Below are positions 25,827 to 38,253 of a stretch of DNA of 64,000 nt, piece by piece. The stretch is from Torpedo marmorata. Taxonomy: Eukaryota. Below the pieces are notes generated by a model that was not told the DNA's origin, searched no databases, and saw only the letters and a program-made list of their open reading frames with translations. Both the position numbers and the translations under genes were made by a program. Positions within the stretch are counted from its first letter, which is position 1. Each line of letters opens with the position of its first letter. The stretch covers positions 85,436,001 to 85,500,000 of the forward strand of contig OZ360222.1 in NCBI GenBank assembly GCA_977017645.1, in the 5' to 3' direction.

Positions 25827-26491
25827 CAGTAAAATTCCCATTATCCGGAATTCAAGCAACCGGCAAAAAAAATAAATAAATAGTTTTAAAATAAATAAGA
25901 ATAAATAAAAATGTAAATAAAAGTTTAAAATTGTAAAAGTAAATGTTCTCCAAAGCAACACACAAACCATTGGTGAAGCAGGGAGCAAGCATTCAGCCAG
26001 CGGAGTGCCCCAGTCGTGCCTCGCCCGCAGCAGCTGTTTGAATAAAGTTTGAATAAAATGGCGTCACCCAGGATGAAGAGCCGGCCGATGACGCTCGCTG
26101 CTGGGGCGACTCTCCCAAAGTGTCTCCCTATCCCTGCTTAGTAAGAGTCTTTATCTTTATTAGTATATTATTAAGTGCATTAGTACTTTATCTGTAAACT
26201 TGGAAGGGGGGGGGGTTAATTATGATGGAGGCACGGTTAGCACAATGCTGTTACAAATTTTGTAAGTTACGGGAATTACCTGATTAAAGTGAACTTTACA
26301 GAATTAAGGTCTACAATACTGATTTTATTTAAATTAATTTACATTTTACAGTGTCTTTTGTCTTTTAAATTGATTATTCTTAATGCAGGTGCATTAGTTA
26401 GGCATTGTAAGAGCGAGTCTCAGGCAACCGGAAAATTCACATATCCAGCATCCGCAAACCCTATAGGTGCCGGATACCGTGGGTTTTACTG
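25827..26491. mobile_element. Non-autonomous Tc1/mariner-superfamily element, 665 bp (longer relative of the 6416 MITE)
   Basis: TA|CAGTAAAATTCCC...GGGTTTTACTG|TA. Shared subterminal TCAAGCAACCGG motifs. Confidence 0.83.
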
Positions 26492-26889
26492 TACTTGACT
26501 AGCTCTCCTGCAATTCCCCGCACAGTCCAAAACTCTCATAATTCCCAAGCTTTAGAAGCTTGTCTGACTACATCCACTCATCCTCCATCTAACCGAACAT
26601 GACCCAATATCAATGTTCAACACCCCAACTTCCTGCATAAATGGTCACCCTTCCCAATCATCCCCCACTGACTGTATTCCCTACTACCTCCAAGATTTAC
26701 AACAGCCAACTCCTCGATTTAATGGCATAATACATTACTGCCCCAATCATCTAAAAAGCACATAAAAGAAAGACATTACTTAAGGCGTGTCCAGCAGCAT
26801 TGGCCCACAGGATGATTTTATAATGCTACTATTGTTAAAGTGCATGCATGCAATAGAATTCTGAGCCACATGGCCTTAACAGCTACCGG

Positions 26890-27240
26890 TACAGCAGTAA
26901 GCTGTGGAGAGCAAAGTACACTTCCAATTTAGGCTTGCAGCTTGGTCTTCTATTCCCAACAACTGTCTCCAAGTTTTCTTCCTCCCCCTCCCACTCCACC
27001 CCCACCGCCCTGACAGTGGTCTCTCCCTCTACCCATCTCCCCACCTCTCCCATCTTCAGTTCAATACTCTACACCTCTCCAGCTTCTCCTTTCTTTTGCC
27101 TTTGTTATCCCTAACTACTTTGGTCTCAGTAAAGGATCCAGGCACGACATGTTGACTTACCATTCCTATCCATCGCTGATGCTTGACCTGTACCTCATTG
27201 TTTGCTCAAGATTCCAGTATCAGCAGTTAGTGTTTCTCTG
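26890..27240 (+). mobile_element. Old Penelope-derived fragment
   Basis: Pyrimidine tract followed by a degenerate terminal motif (AAAGGATCCAGGCACGACATGTTGAC...GATGCTTGACCTG). Confidence 0.5.
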
Positions 27241-28274
27241 AGTGCTATCATTGCCTCAACGGCATATGTTCACCCAAAATGAATGGACACTTCATTGGCA
27301 GCCAGAAATTATAATAGAAAACCGGGTGTTGTTATTTAAAGTGTATGCTTTGCTCCCTATTGAATTTTAGTTTATGGCAGGATCAATCCATTTTTATCTT
27401 TCCCAAATGCAACTTTTATTGAATGGTGCAAATCATCAATTTCCTTCTCACGTACTCACCACCATTCTGAATTATTACCATCATCAGCACTAGTTTTCCA
27501 TATTTCTCTCAAATTAACTCAATACTTTAGGCAGGGCTAAATTTCCTCTTAGAATCTCCTTGTTTGCTTTTTTTTTTTCAAATTAAAATTTGAATGTCCT
27601 GTCACTTTGCAGCGATACCCTGTAATAGCTACACTTACATCAATTTTCACGTTTGCTGAATAATTTAGTAAATGTGTGCCTTGAACAAAAAAAAATACAA
27701 TCTTTGATAAAATATTGGTTTATATGTTATATTTTTAAAAATGTAACTTATTTCCACATAGTAGGCATGGTCACCACATGTTTAAATATTTTAGTACGGG
27801 TGACCTCTAAAAAGAAGATTGCGTCATACTAAGAGTTTGGTGACACAGTGGAATTTAAATTTCACTGACATCAAAGCCGAACTGCTGAGAACACCCAAGG
27901 TCAAAGCACAAAATTAGCAGACAACAAAGAGCGATCTATAAACTTTCAACACTAGGACCTCAAGCTATGAATTTAATTTTGTTTGCTTGGGATGGTAACA
28001 TAATTTTAGCAGGCACAAATTGTTAGGAAGTGTTGCTTAAGGTTCCAATATCATTTTCAACAGTATTATTGTAACTAATCTTTCATCAACTTGTACATTC
28101 AGTATCTCACAATCTAGGAGCATTAAAACAAAATCCAGGCCAAACATTTCATCATGTTCCAAATGAAAAAAAATAATTTTTTTTGTATGAAGTGGAATGA
28201 ACTAGTGTTGCTTCGCACAATTATTATTAGTCTTCACACTATTGAATGCTCACATAAAACAAATAAGCCCGTAC

Positions 28275-28469
28275 CTCAAAATCATTTGCTTTGTTGTAGT
28301 GCATGTTCAAGGCTCTGAAGAGTTCAGAGTCACGGGAGACAGTCAGCTCCTCCGTGCTTGTTACTCCATCGTTAATAGACTGACGAGCAAACTTCTCCAT
28401 CTGGATGTAGTAAAATTCTCGGAAATTGCTGAACCATTTAATAAGCTGTGAGGTGATGCACCTATTAAA
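28275..28469 (-). CDS. PROX1: PROX1 exon 4 (195 nt), homeo-prospero domain
   Basis: Manual translation gives FNRCITSQLIKWFSNFREFYYIQMEKFARQSINDGVTSTEELTVSRDSELFRALNMHYNKANDFE. Acceptor CAG at 28472-28470, donor GAG|GTACGG at 28274. Confidence 0.97.
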
Positions 28470-29739
28470 CTGCCAATAGGAAAATACAACAGGATGAGTA
28501 GATTCCGTTTCAATTTGCCATAAAACTTTAAGTTAATAACATCAATTAATATAAAGTGATACAATATTCCATAATAAATCCAAAATAACCATTTTCATTG
28601 ATATGCATGAAAATATGTGTACGACAGCCATTAGAGTCAATTTGCAATAGAAACCGTATTCTTCTCAAGGCTAATGAAGCAATTTTGCTTGATAAAAAAA
28701 TGCTTGATAAATCACTGGAAAACAATATTAAAAATAATTTGGACAATCATGTCAATTAATATATTCCCCCAGGTCAGTAAGATTATATTTGGTTATTCCC
28801 TCTTGGAAAAAGTTATTCAAATGTTTTCTTCTACGTTTCCTAACATGCAAGATGCTCACAACATCCCATCCAACTCCAGCAGAACAAAACCTGAACTAGA
28901 ATTCATCTTAAATGATTGACCTCCAATAAAAATGGCATTTTTTATTCAGCATTCTTTAGGTTGTGATGAGCATTTATAATCCTAGCTTTTCATATTCCTG
29001 TGATGAAATAGTTTAGGTTAGACTATAAAATTCCACTTTTGTATATTAATTTCCTATTCTTTCACCCAAACATCTGTTTGCAGAAAAGTATGGCACCATG
29101 AGGAAGTACAGAAAATAAAACAGGTCCTTTCCTTCTGGGGATACACACGGGACCCTGGGGTGCTCCTCCACCAGAACAATTAGGAAAAGGTCTGGAGGCA
29201 CTCTTCCCTTTCAACATTTGGTTCATGCACAAAAAATTAGAAAGTGAAGGAGAGAGATCATAGCTTAAATAATAACTTCAGCAATCATAAAATAATTGCA
29301 TATCTACAAAATCTAAGCAATCTGATTTCAAATTGATGAAATATTATTGGTAACCCTTTGAAATTCACCAATTTATAAAACCTTCAGCCTCAATATCACC
29401 AATAACTGTGAATCCCTAGTTTTAAGGTCTTGTAATAAAAAAGTATACACTAAAGTTAATGAACTTTAAGGCATCCTTTCTGATTAAGTGATCTGGATCA
29501 GGCACTAATATAGACATGTGGGTCTGGGAAAAAAATAAAGCATCAGAATTTGTAGCACCGAACACGCTTTAAAGTAATTGCTCTATGTTGCACCCCATTT
29601 TTGGAAGCAAAGAACAATGCACAGCTGCTATTAATTTACTGATAAGTGCGACTGAGAGGACAAATTTCTTCCCTATCGCTACAAATTTTCATTGGCATTC
29701 TAATTTCAGCATGTGTGGAAAAGAAGCTTGAAAAAACAC

Positions 29740-29940
29740 ACACACACACAAAGTGACGGAGGAACTCAGCAGGTCAGGTGACATTCATGGAAAGCAAAAG
29801 ATAGATGACGTTTCAGGCCAAAAACTGGCTTGAAACATCAACTGTGTGTTGCTTTCCACAGATGCTGCCTGACCCACTGAGTTCCTCCAGCATTTTGTGT
29901 GTTGCTCCAGTTTTCCAGCATTGGCAGACTTCTTGTTTAC
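29740..29940. mobile_element. Short palindromic (MER6-like/Penelope-terminus) element
   Basis: GGAGGAACTCAGCAGGTCAGG ... CCTGACCCACTGAGTTCCTCC inverted arms around GTTTCAGGCC-AAAACT-GGCTTGAAAC. Confidence 0.75.
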
Positions 29941-32581
29941 TTTGGAGAAAAAGATTGGGCCTTGTCTGGAGCCAGAACCTTTAACCGTAAGAAGGTCTGC
30001 TGTCTCTTAGGTGCTGCAAGTCCCTACTCCAACATCAGTAAAATGAAGTGTACCGACTTGCAGAAGAGCACAAGTAGCCCTCAGGGGAATCAGGTCAGAC
30101 TTTGTCCCCAAATGGACAATTTTAAAGGAGAAAGGCAAGGAGGCTCAAAAATAACTTCTCTAAAGAGTAATACTACTCTGGTCATCCATAACTCCTGGTA
30201 AACAACTTGGCTTTTGCCAATATTCTTGCTGCCTCAGTACTGAAGGGTACAATCATATCGCAAGTGTTGGGCTATTTTTCAGTTTACTTATTTTGTGAAC
30301 AAAACTAAAGCTTCCATGTTCAAACCATTAATTTGAAACTGAAAATTGTTACTGTATCCAAAATGACCAAGAACTTCTCCCACTTTTCGCCTAACAACAC
30401 CACCATTGATATTTCAAGAGCTAGCAAAAAAGTTAAAGTTCAAGGCTTCAGAGTTAGAGTGTGTCACAACTGGCAACTGAAGTGACCAAAGTGGATGGTT
30501 TTCAAAGTAGTCATTCTAACCTCTCTCTTCATAAAAGTGTCACATCTATTGTCAAACTCTTTAGAAGTTTGATTGCTCATGGTAGCTGGCTTCAAACTTG
30601 GTTGCTTGGTGACTCTGAGTTTTTATGGTGATCTACTCATCCACAACAAATGCTGGCCTTTTCTCCAATAGGGCCTTGTTCAAGGTCAGCTCAATCTCCA
30701 CGAGTCTAGTTAAAACCAGCAAATTTAAACTCCCTGTGCATCAACAAGGCCTTCCTCAACACAGGCAGCTATCATTTCCCCCCTTTACAGCACAAAGTGT
30801 GCATTAATCAAAAATCACAGTGAGCATTTATCAAGCAGTTGCTCTGGCCATGAAGAGGGCTGCCTGCTTCTATCAAGCTGACAGTTAATGGGTGTGTAAT
30901 TATAATGCAGAAAGTTGTTTCTATTCCAGTGAATTTAAGATAATGAAGTCAATGAAAATTCATGGCAGTGAAGGCTAAGTAACATGGAAACAGAAGTGGA
31001 AGCTGTTGCAGCTCCTAAAGGCCAGCTTGCATCATAATTGCCTTCCAGTTGCAAGGGTCCTCACAGATAATTGACCAGAAAATGATTAAGTGATCATCAA
31101 ATCACTCTGACTGCAAGAGTTCAAACATGTACTTAACCTATCCAAGAATTATATTTTCACTCTATGCGTCTGCTCTGTCTCCATTCAGCCTTGCGGGGAC
31201 CTGATTAAAAAGACAACTGAAGGACCCCATTATCTGATTTGCTGTTGATTTCAATAGAACTTAAACCCATTACTATTTGCTGAACTCTGAGTTCTTTCCA
31301 TGTTATCTCTACAGCAAAATACACTGTCCAAATTTCCAGACACTGAGATAAGAACTACAGGCCCCATGACGACTACTGTTCCTTTTTAATTCTTTTAGTA
31401 TAAGAAACAAAACATAACAAAATGATAGCAGCCTGCGCACCCGGGAATGAAAATTGCTTTGACATGGAGATTAAGCTTCAGTATTGTTACAAGACATTGT
31501 CTCCTACATGCAAGAATAGAGAAAAAAGAAAGGGTATTTTTTTCTAGAATGGCCTGCGGATGACCTAATGGAACTACAAAAAAAAGTAAGTCCACATGAC
31601 AGTATTTGGCAGAGGGTATAAAGGGAGATTTAAAACCTATTGTTGCAGAATTGAAATACCAGAGATGCACTGGCCAAAACAACAGAGCCACTCAAACACG
31701 AGGGCTCAGCATATAAGACTTGTGTCACTTTCTGCTTATCAAACATTAACAGTTCCTGAATTAGACTTTTTTTAAAAAACAAACATAGTAATCTTGATCT
31801 TTTAGGTTCTCACTGGTACATCACAAACAAGTGATGGGAACAAGAGAGGCCTCTTCTTTCTGCAACCTTATTGTTCCTATGACAGATTAATGCTTCCCAT
31901 GGGACATGTCCAATCCCAGTGTTTGCTGAAGAAACTTCCTAAATATTCAATGAGCACAGTCAAAAGACCCATACAACAAATCAATTTGACACCTTAATCT
32001 AGTTAGGTAGTGATCAACTTGTCAATGTCTTTGGTGGGGGGGGGGGGTGAAGAAAGGGTGTAATCAGGGTTGTTAGGAGGGAGGTGGACAAAAGAGAAAA
32101 TATAATATTTTCCATACATAGATGAACTTTGGTCTGTGATTATGAGTGATTCTAAATATTAGTCATTTTACAAGTACAAAATTAATCATACTACCCATGG
32201 TTATGCTAACAAAATGGTCTTTTGTCTTGATAATAAATGCTGTGCCCTTGTAAATGACCTTCTGATATATTCCAAATTAAAAGCAGTTTTGCAAAAATTC
32301 TTGTGTATATACAGAGCAACTATATGCAGCATTATTCATTCTAAATTCTATTATATTACTACTGCTTCTGAGATACTGACATGGAATGACACAAGGCTGT
32401 CATTTTCAGTGAATGACAAAAAATTGGCCTACACTCACTCGAGCTTAAAAGAGGTAGTCAAGATATACAAAAATCTAAAAAAGACTCAAGTATATGTTAA
32501 GAAGTCCATTGCATAAAAATGAGAATCCAAAACTAGGAAGATTAATCTTATAGAAAGGGATTGGCTGTTTATATATATATA

Positions 32582-32799
32582 ATTTTTAATTTAGACATAC
32601 AGCACGGTAACAGGCCCTTCTGGCCCACGAGCCCGTGCCACCCAAATACCCCAATTAACATACAACCCCTGTACATTTTTTGAAGGGTGGGAGGAAACCA
32701 GAGCACCCGGAAGAAACACAGACACGGGGAGAATTAACAAACTCCTTACAGACAGCGCTGTAAATGCGTTGCGCTAACCGCTACGCTAACTGTGCCACC
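32582..32799 (-). mobile_element. tRNA-derived V-SINE
   Basis: Reverse complement of the 11871-type SINE (head CGCTAACCGCTACGC, tail TTTAGACATACAGCACGGTAACAGGCC). Confidence 0.85.
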
Positions 32800-32949
32800 C
32801 TAATATAAAAAGCCTTTCCCTCAGTACTTTAGAACCATGGACCCTATAGGGCTGAAAATGTTTGGACACGTCATCATTGAGCATATAATGAGGTCCATAA
32901 TCAGGCATAAGCAAGTTCAAAGGGTTGTAGCCCAATCTCATTAATGTTA

Positions 32950-33370
32950 CATGAAGACACAAGATGGTGGATGCTGGAATATAGTGCAAAAAAAAAAAAA
33001 AACTGTTGAAAGAACTCAGTGGGTCAGCCAGCAGCTGTGGAGGCAAAGGTGATACACAGGAGACTGCAGATGCTGGAATCTGAAGTCAAACACAATCCAC
33101 TGGAGGAACTCAGCAGGTCAAGCAGCAGAGTTTTGGCTCGAAACGTCAACCATTCTTTTTCTCTCACCTATGTTGCTTGACTGGCTGAGTTCATCCAGCA
33201 GATTGGATAGAGGCAAAGGGATAGTTGATGTTTTGGGTTGAGATCCTGCATCAGATCCCATCCATCTGTCCTGATGCAGAGTCCTGAACCAAAACATCAA
33301 CTATCCCTTTGCCTCCACAGACGCTGCTTGACCCATTGAGTTCTTCCAGCAGTTTGTGTTTTTGCTCCTG
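32950..33370. mobile_element. Nested palindromic Penelope-terminus/MER6-like elements
   Basis: Outer arms GAACTCAGTGGGTCAG...CTTGACCCATTGAGTTC with a CTGATGCAG...AAAC motif. An inner copy spans ~33053-33208, with GAGGCAAAGG duplicated on either side. Confidence 0.7.
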
Positions 33371-33751
33371 ATAATCTTGCATTCTTAAAGAAAATGCATT
33401 GCTGACTAGAAATTCAGAATTCAATGGAATTAATTGTATAAACAGACTTAAATGCACAACCTCTGCAACACGTCTCAATTTGTCCTTCAAACCTGCAAAG
33501 GGTTTCTGGGCATTAATATCAGAAAGCATTAAGCTCAGGATACTTTAAGTTGATAAAGGCAGACTCAGTGATATTGGGGGCCATACATAACAAGTTCTGA
33601 GGAAGTCAGCAAATTTATGGGATTTATTACTCCAGAAGCAAACTTCTCATGACAAGAACATTATCCCAAGTCTGACATTACATCAATATTTAAGTATTAA
33701 CGAGTTGTCATTAATGGGAAAAGTACACCAAACTGCAAAGCAATTGGATTT

Positions 33752-33893
33752 GAGGTAATGGATTTTCCAATTATAAAAAAATAATGATATGTTGTGTAGT
33801 ATGGCGATTGTATCAAGCATAGGAGGTAATGGATTTTCCAATTATAAAAAAATAATGATATGTTGTGTAGTATGGCGATTGTATCAAGCATAG
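33752..33893. repeat. Perfect 71-bp tandem duplication
   Basis: 33752-33822 is identical to 33823-33893. Confidence 0.95.
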
Positions 33894-35018
33894 CAACTGG
33901 AGTATTAATACATTTTTTGATCATGGATGTAAATTTACACCACCTTCCCAAAACAGTACACAATATTACCTCCAATGACAAAATTATTGTTTCTGGGGGG
34001 GTAGAGAGAAAAGATTGCAAAAATACACCAGTCAGAACTAACTCGTGTTTTTTGTAAATGCTGAAAACCACTAAGAGGGACATACATCCATTATTCCAAA
34101 GCTCCATGTTTGTACCAAAATTCATTACTAAGATTCAACCCTTTTCAATTGGTGAAGGCCTCTTAAGTTTTTGCCTGATCTCCATTTCACAGCACTGAAA
34201 TTCACATGGATATCCATCTAAAGGCAGGATTTTGTCATGCGTCTTCAAGGCTGTGCTCTATCCAAATTAATGGGACAACAGAGGCTGAACAAAGAAGCTA
34301 AATTCATTGACTTGAGATGAAATTTTTGACACTAAATGTTGCTCTTGTGGGAGGACATTAAGATTGCATAGATTTAACTGCAAATTTTAAATTAGATTTC
34401 AAAATAACTACTGAAAATAAAAGTGCTCAAATGTTATTTGCCTCTTATGGAATCTTGGTCCACTCTTTTTAATAATCATCAAAATGTTACTGTTACATTT
34501 GGTTAATATTCAGTGATAGGTGGGTGGCACATTAAATTGATAAAAATTGTAACTATTCCTTTGAATCTTAGATCACATTTTTCTTCAATTGTTAAAGAAC
34601 AAAATGCCATGAAAAGCTTTCATAGATAGACCTTACTCATATACGTCAACCTAAAATCTTGTTTTCAGGAAAAAAAAATGACCTCAGGCACATTTAATGG
34701 ATCTTAAACCATGCAATCAGAAAGCAGTATTAATATTAACAATATGCCATTGCTGGTAGTCCTGCATGCCTGTCACCACTGATGGTGCATCAGAATATAA
34801 ATGATTTATGTCATACTTCCATAGATCTCAAGTGTGCCTGTCGCAAGGATAGAAAACAAACAGGTTTTTTTTTTGCTCTATGAAAAGAACAGCAGTTCAT
34901 GTGCAAAGTTGGGAGGACAATGTTTGGAATTCACTGATGTTCACCAGAACAGTGCTCTTTAGAACCACACTTATTCTTTCAATTGATGAGGTGCTTCAAT
35001 GAGCGTTTATTACCACAG

Positions 35019-35571
35019 AGCGAAACACAAAAGTCTGCAGATGCTGTGATTGGAGTGAAAATACAAAAATACTGGAGGAACTGAGCAGGTCTCACAGTGG
35101 CCATTGTCTCATGCACTGGCAGACTGAGGCCGCCCACAAATTGGAGGAACAACACCTCATGTTCCATCTGGGCACCCTCCATCCGGACGGCATTAACATC
35201 GACCTCCAGTTTCCATTAGCCACCACCCCCCCCCCCACCTCTATCCATATTTCTCCTTTCCTCTAGCTATTTCTCTCATTGCCTTTACCTCTGTCTCCTT
35301 TCCTCTACTCTGCATTCACAGGCACCCACTCCCCTGATCAATTCTCACCTTTTCTCTCCTGTCCTCCTACCCATGTCCAATTATCACCTTTTGTCTGTTG
35401 GCCTGTGCTCCTCCCCATGGCCTTTCTTCCCTTCTCCCCCAGCCTTTCTATTCAGGTGCCTGCCTGCTTTTTGCTCATACCTTGAAGAAGGGCTGAGGCC
35501 CAAACGTTGGTTATATAGCTTCACCTCCCATGGACACTGCGAGAGCTGCTGAGTTCCTCCAGCATTTTTTG
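35019..35571. mobile_element. Penelope-derived element with short inverted 5' arm
   Basis: KLEEQHLMFHLGTLHPDGINID. Terminal CTTGAAGAAGGGCTGAGGCCC motif. TSD TACCAMAG at 35011-35018 and 35572-35579. Confidence 0.83.
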
Positions 35572-38145
35572 TACCAAAGTCACTTCCAGTGGAAATTTCT
35601 GATATTCTCTCTTCCATTAAAATCTGACAGGTCTTGTTAGCAAAGAAAACAAGGGGCACTGTTGCTTCTCATCTGTGGAGAAAGCTTCCCAGGAACTAGT
35701 GTATAAAAAAAACATGCAGGTTCATGCAAATTTTTCATTGTTTTAGGGCTGCACCTTATTCAACGTCTGCAGAAGAACAGTAAATGGTGAAGCTATTTCA
35801 CAAGTCAGAAATGGGAAGAGATTAAGAATTTCATCCATTTCAGTTGTTGAAGGCCTTGGGAATTTTTATCTGGCCATCATTCAACTACGTGAAAGTTTAC
35901 ATTGGCATCAATCTAAAGACAGGACTTCGTTCCGCACCTTCAAAGTTGAAGGCTAAAATCTTGCCCAACTTACAAGGACAAACTAAAGTTGGACTAATGA
36001 TTTAATTTAGCTTCCATTTGGAACTATAAAAAGATACAAGGTAATAGAAAGTTTTACTGGGGCTAGAGCTTGCAAACTCAGAGTAATAGGGCCTACTTGG
36101 ATAACAAAACTACAGACATGTATTAAGGTCAGTGATGGCAATTTCAAATATGTAAAATTTTCACATTAACATATGAACACCTGGAATTATTAGTGACACT
36201 CCAAAATTAAAAAGATGGAATGCATAGTTCACAGTTGAGAAAGGGGCTGTGAAGGACTCTCCATACAAAGCGAGTCCTTCCTTGTCAGGTCCACAATTAT
36301 ACTGAGGTAAGAGAGCAGAAATTCATTTCTTCCCAAAAATAAATTCAGAGCAGCTTTATTATTCATTTTCTCCAAATGGGCTAATATTCATCCATTTTGT
36401 GTGAAAACTTTCAGGAAAATGCCTGCAACTGATGGAAACCATTAGCAGCAAATCAAACTGTGGAGAAGATATAAAACCAAACAACACAAGGTGGCTGCTT
36501 TAAAACCAGTGAAAATGCTTTGGAGTTTACACTCGTTTCTTGGACCACAAAAAAGGAAAAAGACCAGGTTTACCAGAGAAAGACTATAGGAAAGACTATA
36601 TCTGGATAAAAGTTAATTCGACTCATCTTTTCCAGAATTTGAGAACAATCTTCACAGATATTTATGCAGCATTGTTAGACTTCCACTTGTAAAATAATCT
36701 GATTGATTACAAAACACATTGGAATATCCCAAGGATACAATACATAATTCCACTCCATGATTGTAAATTCTCTTTATTCTAGGCGAGTGCACTGGTAAAT
36801 TGGGCTTCTGGAGTACATTTGTGGTAGTAATCTACTGTCAGATGTTTGTCTAACCTATCCATTTAATCTCACTGATCCAAATATGACCATACTGTAGGAG
36901 TATCAAAAGATATCCAAAAATATACTAAGTTTGGAAAAATTGGCCTTACAACAAATTTTATGTTTTCTTTTGAAGGATTGATAAATAGGTACACATGTTG
37001 ATTGTTCAATGACAACTGCCTTATCATAAAACCTAATATTCATGGTGAATATTAAAGGATGTGGTTGAAAGTTCAACCTTCTATTGAAAATATAATTTAA
37101 TAGTTTTGGTGGGTTCAAAATATAGATTACATGCATAAACACAATAGGAATTTCCAACTCTAAATGAGGACATGCAGATATATAATTAATGATCTCCAAA
37201 TTATAATTATTCCTTATTAAGCATTAATAATGAGAATTTTCACACATTGTCCTTTGTTAACGACTGTTTTTGCAGTTCTCAGAATGGTTAAAGTAACTTA
37301 CAATCATACACAATCCAGAAAATGTGCTTATGTCAACATGCACTACTAATTGCAATACCTGTACCACCAAAATATGGAAATCCTTCTGATCAGATTTGAT
37401 CATTCTGAATTTTACATTTATTTTAAAAACTCTAATAAAATGAGCATAGCAACATTCAGTAATGTGCATCTTTTAGCAAAAATGGGAAAATACTTGCAGC
37501 TAGAAGGCTGAGAAGGAGCTCTGCAAGTACAAATAAATATGCTATTATCATTATGCCTATTATCAATGTGATATCCTTAAAATTATAAAATGTGTTTCAT
37601 CTTAGATGGATCCATGTCCATATTACAGTTTATTACTATTGTAACAATAATTTTGTTTATTAATGAAAAGATACTCTGCAGGACTGCGTGGCTTGTTGAA
37701 TGCGTGATCATCAAAAGTACCAAAATCAATTCCTAATTCTGAGGGAGGAAAGGTACTTCTAAATGAGAAAGTGTTCATTAATTTTATGAGAATCATTAAA
37801 AGTAGAAATTCTAAAACAGTCTCGCTCTGTTTTTTATTTGGTGTTAGAAATAAATAGCCAGTTAGGGGTGGTAGAACAAATAGTTCAAACAAGGAAACAA
37901 AAAAAACAAATTGGGGCTGTATACTAGAGACAGAGGGAGGGTGCAGCTGTGACTAGAAATGATTCTCATTCTCATTTGAATAATGTGGCCTGAATCTGTA
38001 AGTTTATTCACCATACTGGTGCTCAATCATTACTACATCAAAAACAAATTAAATCACAAATAGAAGACAATATCCACCATTGTGTTTTTTTTGTCACGGC
38101 AATAGCTGTGAAAACAGAGCAACAAACACTCCTCATCAGACTCAC

Positions 38146-38253
38146 CTTCACATCAGAGAAAAACATCTTCAGCATATTTGAACTGGGGTACCGGGTGTAA
38201 AAGAACATCAGCTTTGCCTTTTTCAGGTGATTGGGTGAGAGCCCCTCCTGTAT
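38146..38253 (-). CDS. PROX1: PROX1 exon 3 (108 nt), homeodomain N-terminal part
   Basis: Manual translation gives [36 protein letters not shown]. It is preceded by the AC acceptor (38255-38254) and followed by donor AAG|GTGAGT. Phase 0 on both sides. Not in the ORF track. Confidence 0.96.

Noticed and set aside
1-28274. PROX1 last coding exon (expected VPERFLEV...DPSWKKAIYKVI)
   Set aside because: Not found by eye on the minus strand. It probably lies beyond the left edge; tBLASTn would settle it.
33697-34125. 142-aa minus-strand ORF
   Set aside because: Its length is inflated by the 71-bp duplication, and it has no domain signature or splice support.
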